Source of the DNA: Mobula hypostoma
Lineage: Eukaryota
Length of the DNA: 64,000 nucleotides
Reading direction: 5' to 3'
Assembly: GCF_963921235.1 (NCBI RefSeq)
Contig: NC_086097.1
Span: forward strand, 114,020,001 to 114,084,000
The notes under the pieces were generated by a model. The model was not told where the DNA came from and did no database searches. It saw nothing but the letters and a program-made list of their open reading frames with translations. Shown piece by piece: positions 37,373-48,269 of this stretch. Both the position numbers and the translations under genes were made by a program. Numbering within the stretch: the first letter of the stretch is position 1; each line of letters opens with the position of its first letter.

Positions 37373-37703
37373 GGCAGCACGGTAGTGTGGCGGTTAGCGG
37401 AATGCTCTTACAGTGGCCAGTGATCTCTGACCAGGGTTCAACTCTCGCTGCTGCCTGTAAGGAGTTTGTATGTACTCTCATGACCTGATCTGTTTCCTCG
37501 GAGTGCTCCAGTTTCCTCCCACATTCCAAAGATGTACAGCTCAGGTTAATAAGTTGTGGGAATGCTTTGTTGGCACTGGATTATGATGATACTTGTGGGC
37601 TGCCCTAGCACAATCCTCACTGATTTGATTTGACACAAGATGATATATTTCACTGTATGTTTTGATGTTTCAATGTACAAATAGCAAATAAAGCTCATCT
37701 AAT
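37373..37703 (+). mobile_element. tRNA-derived V-SINE-like element with a non-CR1 tail
   Basis: GGCAGCACGGTAGTGTGGCGG ... GGTTCAACTC and V-type core gtgctccagtttcctcccacattccaaaga. Tail shared with ~11590-11700, ~43990-44120 and ~62330-62470. Confidence 0.8.
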
Positions 37704-37715
37704 CAAAATGAGGAT

Positions 37716-37845
37716 GACCTGATGAAGGATCTCAGCATGAAATGTTTATTCCCTTCCACGGATGCTGCCTGACCTGCTGAGTTCCTCCAGTATTTGGTGT
37801 GTGTTGCTCTGGTTTTCCAGCATCTGCAGAATCTCTTGTGTTTAT
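37716..37845 (+). mobile_element. Penelope-like terminal repeat with decayed hammerhead
   Basis: cctgatgaaggatctcagcatgaaatg..gatgctgcctgacctgctgagttcctccag. Confidence 0.75.
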
Positions 37846-38165
37846 GATGTGCCATGGGACTTGGAAGAGTTTTTGCAAATAATGGTGTTCCCATTTCTGA
37901 AGCTTCCATCCTGATCTCATAAAACTGGACTTGAAAATGTGTACAAGATATCATGCTTTCTTCAGCCATGGGCACTGTCAGCACCATCACTTGAACTAAG
38001 TTTTATCTTTGTGATGAATAATTAAATTTTTATCCTGAACACCTACTCTGGTCTACCAGCAGCAGTCCTCTGCAATAACTCAGGATCAAGCTCCCCTATT
38101 TTCAGCTTCCACCGCAGACCACAAATTTTTCCGGAGGAAGCAATCTTTCAAAATTTTGATAATAT

Positions 38166-38312
38166 AAACAAAAGAGATTCTGCAGATGCTGGAAATCCAG
38201 AGTAGCACACAGTCCTGATGAAGGGTCTTAGCCCGAAACATCGACTGTTTATTCCCCTCCATCGATGCTGCCTGACCTGCTGATTTTCTCCAGAATTTTA
38301 TATGTGCTGCTT
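38166..38312. mobile_element. Penelope-like terminal repeat in partially inverted arrangement
   Basis: First ~45 bp are the reverse complement of the repeat 3' end, followed by a forward copy. Same layout at ~61390-61525. Confidence 0.75.
38209..38248 (+). ncRNA. Minimal type I hammerhead ribozyme motif (intact core, stem III ACGU changed to ACAU)
   Basis: ACAGUC-CUGAUGA-AGGGUCUUAGCCC-GAAA-CA-UC-GACUGU, with a 6-bp stem I. Confidence 0.7.
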
Positions 38313-38842
38313 AAACAATCTTGCATTTTGCAAGATTAAACTGCTCAGCTTCTCTTTAGGAACTATTTATCTATGTACCCGCTAAAGTTTTTTTTTGCCT
38401 TTTAATCCATAACATATAGTCTCTTAGATATTTTAGACTAAGGAACTGAAAGCTGATACTTAAAAACTGGAGTAATGATTCACCAGACAAATGTCACCCA
38501 AATGGACACTAAAATGGCTTATACATTTAATCAAAGCCAGTGGAAGAGTTGTTCAAGTATTAGCCTGCAGGCTGTCGATGAACTAAAGAACATTTTAGTT
38601 TACTGATTTCTTTGAACACAGCTGCTATTGCGAAGGATTCTTAAAAGACTATTTTAACGTTACATGAAAATGGTGACCAAGAATATTTATACTTTTGCAT
38701 ATCATCACTAAGATAAATTAAACAAGTTTGATCAGTGATATTACACTATGTATTACTCAACAATCCTAATGTGGATTTTGGAGAGGAGTTAACTTTTCTT
38801 CCTTTTCTCATCCAATAATTTTCTCTCCTCCCCTCTTCTGAA

Positions 38843-39662
38843 ATCAGATTTATTATCGTTGACATATTGATATAACTGGTCACATTGGTGTAATTGGGCA
38901 GTGTGAGCTCATTGAGGCCGAAGTGTCTGTTACTGTGCTGTATCGCTGAATAAATAAAACTAAAAGCATACATAGTGAAATTTTATGCTTTGCAGCATCA
39001 GTACAATGCGCGTGGCCAAGTGGTTAAGGTGTCGGTCTAGTGATCCGAAGGTCACAAGTTCAAGCCTCGGCTGAGGCAGCGTGTTGTGTCCTTGAGAAAG
39101 ACACTCAACCACACATTGCTTTGTGACGACACCGGTGCCAAGCTGTATGGGCCCTAATGCCCTTTCCTTGGACAACATCGGTGGCATGGAGAGGGAAGAC
39201 TTGCAGCATGGGCAACTGCCAGTCTTCCATACAACCTTGCCCAGACCTCAGTCAACATCGAAATCGATGGACAGCTGAAGAAAACATGAACGTTACTGTG
39301 TTACAAAAAATAAATCAACAGATGAATAATGATGCAGCGTTCACAGGTTCATAGACCATTCAGAAATCTGATGGTGGAGGGGAAGGAGCTGTACTATAGA
39401 CATTGTTCCAAGTTCCTGTACCTCCTCCACAGTGGTAGTAATGTGAAGAGGGCATGTCCAGATGGGGATGCCACCTTCTTGAGGCATCGCCTCATGAAGA
39501 TGTCCTCAATGGCAGGGAGGGGAGTGCCTCTGATGAACCGGGCTGAGTTTACAACCCTCTGCAGCCGGTGTGATCCTGTGCATAGAAAGCTCCATGGCAG
39601 CTGTGATGCAATCAGTCTGAATGCTTTCCACTGTGCATCCATAGAAATTTGCAAGTCTTTAG
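38843..39662 (-). mobile_element. Rex1/Babar 3' fragment split by a SINE
   Basis: LQRVVNSARFIRGTPLPAIEDIFMRRCLKK..GHALFTLLP. Confidence 0.8.
39008..39282 (+). mobile_element. tRNA-derived SINE with a CORE-like motif
   Basis: A box TGGCCAAGTGG, B box GTTCAAGCC, gtgtccttgagaaagacact, short GAAGAA tail. Confidence 0.8.
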
Positions 39663-39783
39663 TGCATGATTCCCTAAAGGCTAATTTTCCAATTCTCCCT
39701 TCATCCACTTGAGTTTCAAAATGTCCCTTTCTGTCTGACTGAATCTTTGCACCCCTACTAGTAATTGCTCATTAATCTCCAGT

Positions 39784-40059
39784 TGTGGCGACCCACTTTC
39801 TAGCACACACAAACCAGTGCGCGCCGGCAGAGAGGCCGGCCCCAAAGAGGGCGCCAGGCCAACTTCACCAGCAGGGGGAAAATCCCGCACACAGGAAGGG
39901 TCTGCAATTATGCATTCCCCACAGCAGTCCCATCCAGGGAAGGCGGGAATGGGAAGGCTTTAAAGGAGGCCGTGAAGTTTGAATAAATCTCTCTTATCGC
40001 AACTCCAACTCACTGACTACGTGTGATTATTCTAGTGCTGTGTGTAGCACACCGCTACA
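39784..40059 (+). mobile_element. Solo LTR (276 bp), Gypsy-like
   Basis: TGTGGCG...CGCTACA termini, TTTAAA at ~39959, AATAAA at 39982, 4-bp flanks cagt/tagt, CpG-rich. Confidence 0.8.
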
Positions 40060-41371
40060 TAGTCTCCCAATCAACACCAATGTAATTCTTCCCTCATGAT
40101 CCCTATAATCTTCCACCTTCATCTAACTTCCACAGTCAGCCATCAAACTACACATTCTCCCACCTGTGTACATCATTTTCTAGAGAACTTTTGGATTTTC
40201 CTTCTCCTTCAACCAAAGCCACTGCACTGTAACATCCATCTTCACTGTATCCACACTTCCAATGACATTACTCAGTGTTTGGAAACTTAGTGTTATCCAG
40301 ATCATCAAACTATAGCACTGCAACAATTTAGTGATCATTTTCACTACACTGGAAAATAATCTTATGATCTTTATACCTTAATCTTCTTGCTCAGTTGATT
40401 TACAGCTGCCAAGCCAACTCTATGACTTACTTCTGTTGCTGCAGGATTTACCATCAGCATAGATTATTAATTTTACATCTAGCAATCTTGTTCTTTTCTT
40501 TCCTGCAAATCAACCTAAGACATATATGCTGGCTTAAATTAATTGTCTTAGATAAGGCACTCAGATGTTGTCATAAACACTATGCCTGTGTGGGTTTCTC
40601 TGGGTGCTCTGTCACACTCCAAGCTGTACAGGTCACTAGGTTAATTCGTCGCATGTGCATAATTGGACATTATGGGCTGGTTGAGCCAGAAGGGTTTTGT
40701 TGCACTGTGAACAAAGTCACTAAAGAGACATTGAAGCAAGTGGATATGACGTGTTTTATTCAGCAAAAACAAGCAACAGGCATCATATTGAGACACATTT
40801 GGAAGAAGAAACCTGCTCAACCCAATCTTACATGACATTTTATATGCTAAAGATCAAAGGTAACAGCAAGCCAATTCTATAGTTACAATGTATCTACAAT
40901 GGTTCCTTTGAATTATTCAAACACCTCCTTCTTTGCACCCACACTCCAGACACCAAAATGAATATTAATTCCTACCGACTCCTGGTTACATTCAGGCATA
41001 TGCAGGCTTCTGTGGTCAAAGTTCAGAGCTGCATTTTAAATTCAACCTACAATCCATGTTCAGGCCTGGAGACTGGCTGCTGTTAAAATTAGTATTTACT
41101 ATAAAACATAATTTCAGAATACACCTTAACAGGCCTGTTATTATGCTGCAGGTCAGCACAACATTATGGGTCGAAGGACCTGTACTGTCTGTAAAGTTCT
41201 ATTTTCTGTGGTCTATGATTCCACAACCCATGGTCTCAGTATTATATTTATTTATTTATTTATTTATTTTTGCGCAGTTTGTCTTCTTTTGCACAATAGA
41301 TTGTCAGTCTTTATTTATATATAGTTTTTCACAAATTCTGTTGTATTTCTTTATATTTCTTTGGCTTCCCA

Positions 41372-41670
41372 TCAAAACTAAACATGGTGAAGCTGCTTTT
41401 AGTTACTATGTTCCATGTATCCAGAGGATCTGAAATCTGCCCCAACTTTACGTTCTTTTAAATTGAGGCTTAAAGCTTTTCTTTTCACTGTAGTTTTTAA
41501 TTAGAATCTCCTCCACTGTAACTTGTATTTCTTTATTTTTATATGTGATTATATTCTCTTTATATTGTCTGAAATTTGATGTTAGGTTTTTAATCTTGCT
41601 CTATGTAAAGCACTTTGAACTGTCTTGTGTTTGAAAAGTGCTATACAAATAAACTTGAATTGCCTTGCCT
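41372..41670 (+). mobile_element. L2-clade LINE 3' end
   Basis: KTKHGEAAFSYY coding end and tgtaaagcactttgaactg..aaaagtgctatacaaataaa 3' stem-loop region typical of fish L2. Confidence 0.75.
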
Positions 41671-42110
41671 TTGACTTTTTATGCTCACAGATACACATAG
41701 GCATGATTCATTAATTTATTTCACTCTATTTACAATTCCTTACATTATAGTGTAAGATCATTTAGCACATCTCGTTTGTGCTTGTTTCCAGAACATTTTC
41801 ATTGGGCCCATTTGTCATCTCTTTCCCGGCATGTTATACTGTCTCATATTTCTATCAGCACTTTGACTCTCCTGCTATTTATCTAGGAGTAAGTTACAGT
41901 AGGCAGTTAATCAAATGCGTGTCTCATTTGGCATATTCAAAGAATCACAGTGAGAATGTACAGACTCCATGCAGACAGTAGCCGCACATTGAATCCATTC
42001 ACTGAAATGGTTATGCAGAAGCTCAACTTAAGTTTTGGAAGTAGAAAATAGAAGACTTAACATTCCAGCACAGTACAGGCTCTTTGGCCCATGATGTTGA
42101 GCCAAACTTT

Positions 42111-42146
42111 TCAAGGATCAAGGATCAAGGATCAAGGATCAAGGAT
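42111..42146. repeat. (TCAAGGA)n tandem repeat, probably a LINE tail, interrupting a CR1 3' end
   Basis: Five 7-mer units. CR1 UTR ccaaactttt|aacctactctaag resumes at ~42525. Confidence 0.75.
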
Positions 42147-42217
42147 TAGGGATAAAACAACACACGCAAAATGCTGGTGAACGCAGCAGGCCAGACTGCA
42201 TCCATAGGAAGAAGCAC

Positions 42218-42253
42218 AGTCGACGTTTCAGGCCGAGACCCTTCGTCAGGACT
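42218..42253 (-). ncRNA. Minimal type I hammerhead ribozyme motif (canonical) in a Penelope-like repeat (~42155-42253)
   Basis: Minus strand AGUC-CUGACGA-AGGGUCUCGGCCU-GAAA-CG-UC-GACU. Confidence 0.78.
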
Positions 42254-43429
42254 TCATCAACATCAACTTTACTTGCTATTTACATTTACATGTATAGGAA
42301 TTTCCTGTGGTGTGTACGGCAGATCAGTGTGTGACAAGCAACAAATACAATTATATTAAACAATTATTAATAATAAAGAATTATATAAATTATAGTTAGA
42401 GGTTGATGTATGGATATGGAATAAAATGTGCATAAATGCATACTGTAAATACCAGCATATATTTACAATGTAAACAGCATTATAAAAAGTGGTTTAAAGT
42501 GTTTACAGTGATGGGGGGTTGGTTAACCTACTCTAAGATCAATCTAACCCTTCCCTGCTACACAACCCTCTGTTTTCCTATCATCCATGTACCTATCTAA
42601 AAGTTACTACAATGCCCCTAATGCCTTTCCCTCTACCACCACCTCTGGCAGGGTGTTCCACTCACCCACCATACTCTAACAATTTACCTCTATCAACCCC
42701 ATTACAATTCCCACCTGTCAGGTTAAAATTATGCCCCCTCGTTGCCTCAACTAATCTAATCTCACAGGTGGGCTTGCAGTAGAAGGGGGTGTTATGGACA
42801 GAAAACCCACACATTTGAGCGTCCTCGTCACCCTGCCATTTTTAAGCAGGTTTTTTTTGCTGTAGATTTCCCAGTTGACAGCCAACAAGCTAAGTTTGCA
42901 AAAAGAAGCAAAGATTTATTTCCTGGGTATGTCTGCTGGGTAGACCTTTGGGGGAGGGGGGGTGTGATAGTGTTATCTGTTCACACTGAATTTCACAGAA
43001 GTACGTTTACTGGGACCAAAGGCCATCAGCTCAGCAAAGGCATCAACATTTTGGATTCTGTTGTTTCCCAAAGACACCTAGAATAACAGTAATTTAAAAC
43101 TGTTACGGCAAAGGCATGTGGCCTCCTTAAATGCTTCTATTGACTGCCTGCAACTTAGAAGTAGCATCTGAACCATTCCTCTTTCCTGGTATTAAAATTG
43201 CCCATAGTGACAGGAAACTTATAGAGGGCTATTTTGAGATGTAAATATGTTTTAATTAATTGCAACTGTGAAACAATATGGCAATTATTAAGGTATTCCA
43301 TTCATATCCAAGAAGAATTAGCGATCATTGAATAAAAACTTCAATCAATCATAGAGTTTGACAATATGGGAATAGATTAGATTAGGTTAGTTTTAATTGT
43401 CACATGTACATTGAAATGGTAGCTCATCT

Positions 43430-43900
43430 CCCTCAATGGTATCCAAAATGGCACACGTATTATTGACGGGAACAACCATAGAGGTACTCTGCACTGCCTT
43501 CTCTCTCCTGGAAGTCACCTATTTTCCTGCCTCCTGCAACTTAGGGGTGACCGCCTCCCTTTAGCTCCTACCGATCATCTCCTTGGTCTCCTATATCAGC
43601 TGAAGGTTACAGAGCCGCAACTCCAGTTCTTTAACACATTCTCTGAAGAGCTTCAGCTGCGTGCACCTGCTGCAGATGTGGTTATCCGGGAGGCTGGAGG
43701 TCTCCCAAAATTCCCACATCTCACACAAAGAACACAACATAGCCCCTGGAGCCATTCTCACTGCTCTAACTATGTGCTAACTGACCAAGAAAGCAGAATG
43801 AAGAAGAAGAAACTTACCAGATACTTACCTCGCCCAAGTCTGATGAGTCAACTCCTCCCCTCTCTAAAACTGGTCCACTCTAACAATAGCCATTCCGCTT
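43430..43900 (-). mobile_element. CR1 5' UTR/ORF1 fragment
   Basis: ATG at 43755; C..CEMWEFWETSSLPDNHICSRC-like start homologous to the ORF1s at 18871 and 35948. Confidence 0.75.
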
Positions 43901-44799
43901 GTCCCTGCCTTTGCTGATGAGTGAGGCCTCCAGCGCTGATTCGACTGCAACTGTGCTGAGACTGTCAGAGGCTGTCATGTTAAACATTGTGAGCGCTGAA
44001 ATGCGTGGTGACACTTACGGACTGCCCCCAGCACATCCTCATGTGTGTTGGTCGTTAACACAAACAATGCACCTCACTGTGTGTTTCAATGTACATGTGA
44101 TAAATAAATCTGAATCTGAATTTTCTTCTTTTAAATTCTAAAAAAAATGATTCCCATGATTCAGATCTCGGTTTTCTCAGTATTGTTCATCACTGAGTGC
44201 ATGTGTCATATTAATTGGATATAATGTATCCTCTCAGGGAAGCATAGTTGGATAAATGTTTAGTAAGTCAAACATTATTAAAGAGAAAGCCACCTACTGC
44301 ATTAACCAGGATCTGCCTTCTTTTCAATAAAATTGGAATGTGTTAAATGTCAAATCATATGCTTTTTGTTGCATAAATTCAGTGCAGCTAGCAGGCTCAT
44401 ATGAAAGCGTTCTATTGCAGTCACCTCACAGTATATAGTGAAACACAGTGACTGGTACATATTGGCAGCTGCAAACAAAGAAAAGCCAATGCAATACTGA
44501 AGAACAAAACGCCCTTTGTTTTATAATGTGTCATCCTCATTATCTTACTGTCATGCATTCTCCATATGGTTGGTACAACCCTCGAGCTCATAGTTTTGGC
44601 CATGTCACTCTTTCAAAGTCACAATAACCGAAAAAAACAAGAAAGGAATGAAGGCTGTTGACTTCTCCATCCCATTTTTCACCTTGACTGATGATAACAA
44701 TTGGTAACCAGAACTCACACCAGATGCTATAATAAAAATAAATTGAAGTTCTAAGATGACTCATAGCAGCAGATGGGTGTATTTTAGTCTGCTGCTGTT

Positions 44800-45060
44800 T
44801 CTTTATTTATTCATTGAGATACAGCATGGAATAGACCCTCTGGCCCTTTGAGCCACACCACCCAGCAACACCCCGATTTAATCCTAGTCTAATTACGAGA
44901 CAATTTACAATGACTGATTAACCTGTCAACCAGTGCATCTTTGGACTGTGGGAGAAAACCAGAGCACCCAGAGGAACTCCACGCGGTCACGGGGTGAACG
45001 TACAAATTCCTTACAGACCGTGCCAGGGATTGAACCCGAGTTGCCTGCTAATGTGCTGCC
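44800..45060 (-). mobile_element. V-SINE-like element with CR1-type tail
   Basis: GGTTCAATCCC B box and tgggtgctctggttttctcccacagtccaaaga core. Confidence 0.8.
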
Positions 45061-45616
45061 CCAATTTAGGATGTGGAACATGAACATTTCAAAATTAAGA
45101 GCATAAAAAACAGAATCAAGCATGAAACAATCTGACCCTGGAGACTTTTCAGTAAAATTGTGGTCGTTCCATCTTGACTTCATCATCAATTTACCCTTCC
45201 CTCTCCATTCCCCTTGACTTCCATGTAATTCCAATGTCTATCACTCTTCAGCTTGGAACATATACCCAGTGGCTTTACCTCCATAGCCATTCGACTCAAG
45301 ACTATCTGAAAGAAGGAATATCTCTTAATCTCTATTATAAGAGAGTGACCTTTATTCTGAAACTGTGTCCCCTGATAGAATAGTGGATACATTTCAGTAT
45401 CCACTCTGCAATACCCCTTTTCAAATCTTATATGTTTCAAAGAGATTGCCCCCCCCCCCTTTCTACTAAACTGCAGTGTTTAGGCCCATGTTGATCAACC
45501 TTCCTTCAGATGCCAATCCTTCACAACAGTAAACAACCTGTGGAACTCTATTTTAACTGCTTCAAATGTAAGTGTATGTGTAAATTTGGAGACCAAAATT
45601 CTATTTGCTCGGATCG

Positions 45617-46175
45617 CCCATGGCCTCCTTCACTGCCACAATGACACACTCTCAGGTTGGAGGAGCAACACTTCATATTCTGTCTGGGTATCTTCAAACC
45701 TGATGCCATGAACATCGATTTCTCTAGCTTTTAGTAATTTCTACCTCCTCCCCTTCCCCCTTTTTTTTCCATTCCCCATCCCGGCTCCCCTCTAACCCCT
45801 TCTCTTCTCCTCACTTGCCCATCACTTCCCCCAGTGGCCCCCGTCCTTCTCTTTCTCCCATGGTGCACTATCCTCTCCTGTCAGATTCCTTTGCCTTCAG
45901 CCCTTTAACTTTTCCACCTTTCACCTCCCAGCTTTTCACCCCATACTCCCACCCACCCGCCCCTTCTCCTGGCTTCACCTATCAGCTACCAGTTTGTACT
46001 CCTTCCCCCCCCGTCACACTTGTTGATTCTGCCTTTCTTTCCAGTACTGATGAAGGGAGTCGACCCAAACTGTCGACTATTTAACCCTCTCCGTAGATGC
46101 TGCCTGACTTGCTGAAAGCCTGCAGCATTTTGTGTGTGCTGCGCTAGATTTCCAGCATCTGCGGAATCTCTTGTG
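45617..46175 (+). mobile_element. Penelope-like element 3' part (GIY-YIG C-terminus, terminal repeat, decayed hammerhead at 46042-46078), inside an old CR1
   Basis: HGLLHCH..TLRLEEQHFIFCLGIFKPDAMNIDF and ctgatgaagggagtcgacccaaactgtcgact. Confidence 0.8.
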
Positions 46176-46619
46176 CACATGTGCTCGGTAACAAGCATGA
46201 TCTCCCCAGCACACTATAGAGCTGCACTGCTACTTTCCTCTGTCATACTCCATTTCCCCTATAATAATGTCAATAATCCATCAGCCTAATTACCAGCTGT
46301 CCTTGAACACTAACTTTTTGTATTTCATGCACCAGGGTTCTCAGATGCTCATTCACCACATTTTGTAGCCTCACTTCACTTTGATAATTTTAGATTTTTT
46401 TGTATCATTATTCCTTCCAAAGTGGACAATTTCCTCACATTAAATTCCATTTTGACAAGTTGTTTCCCACTCGCTTATCTACATTCCTTTGCAGTCTTGT
46501 TATATTCTTCTCACACCTTACACCCACAACACCTGGCTACAATACTTCACGCACGACACACACAAAATGTGGAGGAACTCAGCAGGCCAGGCAGTATCTT
46601 TGGAAAAGAGTAATCAGTC

Positions 46620-46988
46620 GTGAAGCATACGGATCTTTGACCTCCAGAAAGTGTTCACAGCAGGGGTGATTGATAAGTTTGTAGCCTATGCTAGAAGGAG
46701 ATGAGTTATTAACTTCATTAAAAGAGTTGAACTGCACATACCTGCAACAAGAGCTGTATAACTCATCTCCTTCTACCTTAGGCCACAAACTTATCAATCA
46801 CCCCTGCTGGGGACCACTTCTGGAGGTCCAAGACGCCAACTTCTACGAAGAAGTGATCCGTATGCTCCACGACCACTGGACTAAGTGTGCAAATGTAGGA
46901 GGGGACCATGTTGAAAAATAAACGTGCTAGGTTTTCTAAATTTAACTCCTTCTACTGTAGGCCACAAACTTATCAATCACCCCTCGTA
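46620..46988 (+). mobile_element. Rearranged mariner derivative with an internal palindrome
   Basis: Transposase C-terminus NFYEEVIRMLHDHWTKCANVGGDHVEK*. TIR ends aggccacaaacttatcaatcacccctcg-TA; two more TIR copies internally. Confidence 0.8.
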
Positions 46989-47732
46989 GATTGTAATAGC
47001 TGAGTCCTTAGCACTGATCATTGTGGCTGCCCACTAGTTAAAGATTGCCAGTCAGAAAACAACCCAGTTATCCTGACTCTTTGTTTGTAGTTAACTAATC
47101 CTTTGTATATATCAGTATGTTACCACAACACCCCCTGCCAAACCCAAGGCGCTTTTATTTTAAGGAAGCCAGAATTCTTAAGGAAATAGGACTGCTGATG
47201 CAGTATTACCAAGTTTATCCATCATTTAACAGGGCAAAGCTACAATGAGCAGGATAAGACTACTACTAATAGAGTGGGAACAGCAAAATTGGGATTCTAC
47301 TAAAGCATAAGACATAGGAGCAGAATTAGGCCATTCAACCCATCACAGCTGATTTATTATCCTCTCAACCCTGTTGTCCTACCTTCTCCCTGTAACCGTT
47401 GTTACCCTTACTAATCGAGAACCTATCAACCTCCACTTTAAATAAACCCAATGAGTTGGCCTCCACGGCCGTCTGTGGCAATGAATTCCACAGATTCACC
47501 ACTCTCTGGGTAAAGAAATTCCTCCTCATCTCTGTTCTAAAGCACTTGTATTCTCAGGCTGAGCTGATTGGACCTATCCAGTACTAATACTGAACAGCAT
47601 GATTTCACTGCACCGGGATATTGCACCATAAATAGTTTTTTTTTTTGGTCGAAGCAAATTAGTGAAATGATAGGCTGATGCATTATTAATATTAACTTCT
47701 ATCAGTGAAGCAGCAAGGATTCAACTCCTAAT

Positions 47733-48269
47733 TAGAAACATAGAAACATAGAAAATAGGTGCAGGAGTAGGCCATTCGGCCCTTCGAGCCTGCACCGCCA
47801 TTTATTATGATCATGGCTGATCATCCAACTCAGAACCCCACCCCAGCCTTCCCTCCATACCCCCTGATCCCCGTAGCCACAAGGGCCATATCTAACTCCC
47901 TCTTAAATATAGCCAATGAACTGGCCTCAACTGTTTCCTGTGGCAGAGAATTCCACAGATTCACCACTCCCTGTGTGAAGAAGTTTTTCCTAATCTCGGT
48001 CCTAAAAGGCTTCCCCTTTATCCTCAAACTGTGACCCCTCGTTCTGGACTTCCCCAACATCAGGAACAATCTTCCTGCATCTAGCCTATCCAATCCCTTT
48101 AGGATTTTATACGTTTCAATCAGATCCCCCCTCAATCTTCTAAATTCCAATGCGTACAAGCCCAGTTCATCCAGTCTTTCTTCATATGAAAGTCCTGCCA
48201 TCCCAGGAATCAATCTGGTGAACCTCCTTTGTACTCACTCTATGGCAAGGATGTCTTTCCTCAGATTAG
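47733..48269 (-). mobile_element. Young 5'-truncated CR1
   Basis: IPGMAGLSYEERLDELGLY..NFFTQGVVNLWNSLP. attaga at 47731-47736 and 48265-48270. Confidence 0.92.

Noticed and set aside
40706..40990. Possible solo LTR (TGTGAAC...GGTTACA, minus-strand AATAAA)
   Set aside because: Flanks gcac/ttca do not form a TSD; left unannotated.
44340..44760. Possible enhancer with SOX-like motifs (AACAAAG, CTTTGTT)
   Set aside because: Short AT-rich motifs are expected by chance; no further support from sequence alone.
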